Source: Alkalispirochaeta sp. (GTDB taxonomy: Bacteria > Spirochaetota > Spirochaetia > DSM-27196 > Alkalispirochaetaceae). From it: a stretch of DNA of 64,000 nt. The number at the start of each line of letters is the position of its first letter. The first letter of the stretch is position 1. Below the pieces are notes generated by a model. It saw nothing but the letters and a program-made list of their open reading frames with translations, made no database searches and had not been told where the DNA came from. The DNA lies in contig OZ271854.1 of NCBI GenBank assembly GCA_965601925.1, positions 1,984,001 through 2,048,000 on the forward strand. Reading direction: 5' to 3'. Shown here one piece after another: positions 60,220 through 64,000 of this stretch. The position numbers and the translations under genes were made by a program.

Positions 60220-61566
60220 TCAATCCAGGCGGTTGAATATCTCCAGCAGTTTTTCTTTATCCATGAGGTCGATCAGCCGAGCCTCCACAAAATGCGTAGC
60301 AGCCTCGGAGAACTGCCCGGCTGTGATACAAAACCCGCGTCCGGCGTGGGTCTCCTTGAGACGCGAGTTGAGCTCCCGCACTATCAGTTCACCCACTTGG
60401 GTGGTACCGCGAATGAACCGGAAGAGTATCGTATCTTCCCACTTCGGCGTTTCGATCTCGGTGAGAACGTCGGCGTACTCGTTTTTCTCGACCTGGATAT
60501 CGAGTATTTTCACCTTCGCGTTGCGATAAAAGGTCATTACCATGCGACGACACAGGGTGACGAACTCGTTGGTCGGGGCGATCAAGTAGACCTTGAGATG
60601 CTGGTTGCCGTACAGCTCTTTGTTGCGCGAGATCTGATGCGCGACATCCTTGTACCCCGGGTTTACGCGGTGGATTTCGGCGAACTGATTGAGCGCTTTG
60701 CCGATCTCCTGTTGCTTCATATAAGCCGAGGCCAAGCGATAGCGGATCTCGATCATAACGTCTTCTCTGATCTTCTGATGACGGAGTCCCAGTTCAAAAT
60801 CGATCACCGCTTTTTCCACGTCGCCCTTACTCATGCGAATCGTCCCTGCAAAGAGCGCCGAATGGGGACCCATTACCGGGTCGGGCCGCAAGTGGCTGAA
60901 GATCATGAGCGCTTGCTCGTTCTGCCCCAGTTCCTGGTAGCTCTGAGCCAGGAAAAAGAGCGATTCCTTGTCCTCAGGCTCCAGATCGACGACTTGGCGC
61001 AGATAGCGTATCGCATCGCGATACTTCTGTAACTTATGGAGCGCCCGTCCCAGATATCGTCGCGTCGCGACGTGTTCCGGTTGCTCGTCGCGCGCAGCGT
61101 TGAGCAGCTGAACGGACTTCTCGAGGTTGCCGCGCCGATACTCGAGAAATCCCAAATTGTGGTTGATATCGAACGAGTCTTCCTTCAGTGAGCGGGCGAC
61201 CACCAACGATTTGTACGCCTCTTCGTAGTTTTTAAGCTGAATTGCGCACAATCCGTATCGTGCCGTGACTCTCCACTCTTCGATATCGGGATTCGACGCC
61301 GAGAGGTTCATGAGGATGCCGTAGGTTTTTATCGCCTTGTCCCACGCCTGATCCTCGTAGTAGATGTCCGCCATCGTGGTGAGGGCGCGATGGTCACGCG
61401 GGTTTGATGCCAAGTGACGGTTGGCCTCTTTGAGGACGGTATCGCGATCCCTGCGTTGTTTTTTTCGTCCCGGCTTTTTCTCACGTCTGCCGATAGTCAG
61501 TCTGTATAGAACCACAAGGATCACGATGACGGCGACAAGCAACGGTACGATTATCTGAAACGGCAT
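60220..61566 (-). CDS. Membrane-anchored TPR protein with C-terminal Mrr-like (restriction endonuclease fold) domain
   Basis: N-terminal TM, multiple TPRs, C-terminal VGE..VRE...GFCITAGQFSEAA..F....IDLMD. Start is 61566 or 61575. Confidence 0.8.
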   Translation of the reverse strand: MPFQIIVPLLVAVIVILVVLYRLTIGRREKKPGRKKQRRDRDTVLKEANRHLASNPRDHRALTTMADIYYEDQAWDKAIKTYGILMNLSASNPDIEEWRVTARYGLCAIQLKNYEEAYKSLVVARSLKEDSFDINHNLGFLEYRRGNLEKSVQLLNAARDEQPEHVATRRYLGRALHKLQKYRDAIRYLRQVVDLEPEDKESLFFLAQSYQELGQNEQALMIFSHLRPDPVMGPHSALFAGTIRMSKGDVEKAVIDFELGLRHQKIREDVMIEIRYRLASAYMKQQEIGKALNQFAEIHRVNPGYKDVAHQISRNKELYGNQHLKVYLIAPTNEFVTLCRRMVMTFYRNAKVKILDIQVEKNEYADVLTEIETPKWEDTILFRFIRGTTQVGELIVRELNSRLKETHAGRGFCITAGQFSEAATHFVEARLIDLMDKEKLLEIFNRLD

Positions 61567-61573
61567 TGAGATC

Positions 61574-61637
61574 ATTATTAGAGAGCCGTCGGTGAGCTGT
61601 CAACGTCGTTGACAAAGTGCCGATAAAGAAATAGCGT
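61574..61637. promoter_or_regulatory. Divergent sigma70 promoters plus a sigma28-like promoter around a perfect palindrome
   Basis: Palindrome TGTCAACG-T-CGTTGACA (61598-61614). Plus strand: TTGACA-17-TAGCGT and TCAA-15-GCCGATAA. Minus strand: TTGACA-18-AATAAT. Confidence 0.65.
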
Positions 61638-61655
61638 CAAAAAAGGAGTGTTCCC

Positions 61656-62573
61656 GTGAGCTTGATTGGGATAAAACTCGCCGACGGTTCCTTCTTTCCC
61701 GTCATCGAACACGATGTACCGCAGAGAAAACGGGTCGTGCTGACCGTTGCTCGAGAGGGGCAGACGGGCGTGCAAATCGATCTTCTGCGACGCGACGGCG
61801 ACATTGAACAGTACGTCGGTTGTCTGGTCCTCGACGATTTGACGGAGGGCAGCGAGGCGGAGATCGAACTCGTGGTCGGGCTCGATGCGGAGCGAAACGT
61901 CGACGCCAGAATCAGCGACACACGCGGCGAGCAATATCAGAGCTTCTCGGTCAATCTGGATAAGATCGGAGCGCCGGAATCATACTCTCTGCCCGACGGC
62001 GAGGCGTCCAATTTCAACTCCGATATCGGCGGTGTCGATACCTTGGAGGATATCGGGCTACCCGATATAGAAGAGGATCTCTTTGACGAGCCGTCGAGCG
62101 AACGTGCGCATACCATCGACGACGGCTCTCGCGACGAACTCCCCGACTTCGGCGCTTTGGAACTGCCGGAAGAAGAGGTGGGCGAGGGCGCCTTTCTCGA
62201 TGATATCGCAGTCTCGTCACCATTCGCCGGTGACGACGCCGCGCTGGCCGGGGTTACGCCGGACGACGACTTGTTCGACGAGCAGATGCACGACGTCGGA
62301 ATCGAAGAGGGCGACGGGGACGGATTCCTCCAACCGCGCTCCTTCAGCGCCTTTGCTTTGGCGGCAATCATCTTGGCGGCCCTCAGTCTCATCGCTCTCG
62401 GTGCGTTCGGCGTTTTCCGGTGGTTGCAGACCGATGCGCTTCCCGAGTTGCGCGCCGCCGCCTTCGGCTTTGTGTCTCCTGCGGGAGTCCGGGCGGTGCG
62501 AAGAGCGAGGCGTCCCGGTCGTTTCGCTTCTCGCAGTACACCGAATCCGTTTCCGAGTGCGCCCCGCCGATAG
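61656..62573 (+). CDS. Membrane protein with DnaK substrate-binding-like N-domain and acidic linker
   Basis: IGIKLADG.FFPVI...Q..V.ID...G.L.L...IE....LD. SD AAGGAG; C-terminal TM. Confidence 0.75.
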   Translation: MSLIGIKLADGSFFPVIEHDVPQRKRVVLTVAREGQTGVQIDLLRRDGDIEQYVGCLVLDDLTEGSEAEIELVVGLDAERNVDARISDTRGEQYQSFSVNLDKIGAPESYSLPDGEASNFNSDIGGVDTLEDIGLPDIEEDLFDEPSSERAHTIDDGSRDELPDFGALELPEEEVGEGAFLDDIAVSSPFAGDDAALAGVTPDDDLFDEQMHDVGIEEGDGDGFLQPRSFSAFALAAIILAALSLIALGAFGVFRWLQTDALPELRAAAFGFVSPAGVRAVRRARRPGRFASRSTPNPFPSAPRR

Positions 62574-62587
62574 ACGGTATACCTTCC

Positions 62588-64000
62588 ATGCGTAGAACCT
62601 TAGCGCTTCCTTTTGTTTCTCTATTCATACTTGTGGTGAGCACGTGCAACGCCGGTCCATCGTCGGAACGCGCGTTATATGACGATCTAGCAACCCGTCT
62701 GGCCGTCGGTGACCACCGGTTCCTCGACACGCTCCAGGTAGACAATAGACTGGTGCGGACTCTGCGCGCGCGCCATTCCGGGCTCCCCTACGCTCTGGGA
62801 CGGGCGTTGGAGGTGCGCGGGCGTAGCGAAAGCGCGCGTCGCGTATATCGAATCGAGCTCAATGCGGCTTCCGCACCGTGGGCCGGGCTCAGTGCCGCGC
62901 GGCTCGCCGGTATGAACGCAGCCGCGGGAAATTGGGTCGGCGCCCTGGGTCACGCCGAACGGGGTACCGACGTGTTGCCCTCATATCGCGATGTGTGGTA
63001 CCGGCGCGGCGAGGCGCTCTATCGCGGCGGTGAGTACCGCGAGCTCTTGGATTTTATCGAAGAGATCCCGCCCGTCGCGTCGCTCGACGCGGGCGAGTCG
63101 ATATCCGCCGACGAGCTTGCCGCGGAGGTACGGCTGTGGGAGGCCGTCGCGTCGTGGGAGCTGGACCGCGCTCGCGAGGACGCCTTTTTGCGCGCCTTTA
63201 CTCTCATTGAGGCCGGCGAGATTCATACGCGTCTCTATTTATACCTGTTCTATCGTTCCGGCGCACTGGAATCCCTCTCTCTCGATACGCGCCGAGTGCT
63301 GGAGGCGGTATACCGTATCGCACGGGGCGAGCACGCCGAGGCGGCGCGGCTTCTGGTGCTGACTGAGCCGCGTGTCCTCGTCGATATCGTCCGTCGGAGC
63401 GCGCCGGAGCTATCGGGACTCAACGGCATCTGGGATGGAGTCGATCGGATCGCCGGGAGTCCGAATCCCGAGCTGCGCCGGTGGCTCGCTCGATTTGCCG
63501 ATACCGTGGACGACGCCGACCTCGCGCAGGTAGTCGACCTCCTGCAGAGCCGCGCCGCGCGCGCGGCGGGCGGCGAAGCCGATCTGGAACGGGCGAGCGT
63601 ATATCTCTTGCGTGCAGCGGCCGGTTCCGACGCCGCGTTGCGCGACGAGGCGATCGAGCGGTGGCTTTCGCTGGCGGTTAACCGCGAGATGGTGCTACCG
63701 GCCGTGATCGAGCAGCTACGCGCCGTTCGGGCGTCCGGCGCCGTTTTTGCAACTGCGGTCGAGAGACGTCTACCGCCCTTGGTGCGCGACCGTCGATGGT
63801 CCGATATCGAGGCGGCGCTCGACCTGCTACCGCCGGAGGCCGACTATGCGTGGGTCCATATCGCGACGGTGCTCATGTTCGCAGCCGACGAGGGCTACGT
63901 GTCGGTTGATCCGTCGCTTTCGGAGGAGCATCGCCGGCGCGCCCTCAACCTGTCGGCCCTCGATTATTACGGGGCGGTCGGCCGCATGCGCCACGACGAG
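62588..64000 (+). CDS. Partial (N-terminal) helical-repeat lipoprotein, probable Slt-type lytic transglycosylase
   Basis: Own translation MRRTLALPFVSLFILVVST-C..., TPR-like helices, running to the window end. The catalytic domain is not visible. Confidence 0.55.
   Translation, partial: MRRTLALPFVSLFILVVSTCNAGPSSERALYDDLATRLAVGDHRFLDTLQVDNRLVRTLRARHSGLPYALGRALEVRGRSESARRVYRIELNAASAPWAGLSAARLAGMNAAAGNWVGALGHAERGTDVLPSYRDVWYRRGEALYRGGEYRELLDFIEEIPPVASLDAGESISADELAAEVRLWEAVASWELDRAREDAFLRAFTLIEAGEIHTRLYLYLFYRSGALESLSLDTRRVLEAVYRIARGEHAEAARLLVLTEPRVLVDIVRRSAPELSGLNGIWDGVDRIAGSPNPELRRWLARFADTVDDADLAQVVDLLQSRAARAAGGEADLERASVYLLRAAAGSDAALRDEAIERWLSLAVNREMVLPAVIEQLRAVRASGAVFATAVERRLPPLVRDRRWSDIEAALDLLPPEADYAWVHIATVLMFAADEGYVSVDPSLSEEHRRRALNLSALDYYGAVGRMRHDE

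Noticed and set aside
60220..61566. Anti-phage restriction system
   Set aside because: The catalytic motif is degenerate, there are no methyltransferase or defence neighbours, and the context is housekeeping.

Overview
High-GC (about 60-65% by eye) chromosomal window, most likely from a free-living spirochaete of the Spirochaeta/Alkalispirochaeta type. This assignment is inferred from FapA, solo groEL, a short ThrRS, spirochaete-style lipoproteins and the TPR-Mrr / DnaK-SBD-like / Slt-like genes. Housekeeping blocks: argR-C-B-D, fapA-birA, groEL, yajC-secDF, glgX, thrS, pgsA, glnA/glnE, pepT, mnmE and mnmG-rsmG. These are interleaved with lipoproteins and two accessory blocks rich in regulators, detox enzymes and signalling genes (about 36.6-46.1 kb and 49-60 kb). 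I saw no tRNA, rRNA, CRISPR array, transposase or integrase. Most notable observations: (1) a GlnE with GlnD-type ACT domains whose two nucleotidyltransferase halves look swapped in order; (2) an alkaline phosphatase in which the three canonical Zn-binding histidines appear replaced by O-donor residues; (3) many apparently leaderless promoters; (4) a 71-bp diverged promoter plus N-terminus duplication that forms a coupled uORF; (5) a palindrome-centred sigma70/sigma28 promoter knot before a membrane-anchored DnaK-substrate-domain protein and an Slt-like gene; (6) a TetR-controlled Acg-type lipoprotein / barrel / ABC unit. All calls are by-eye motif recognition; no database searches were run.
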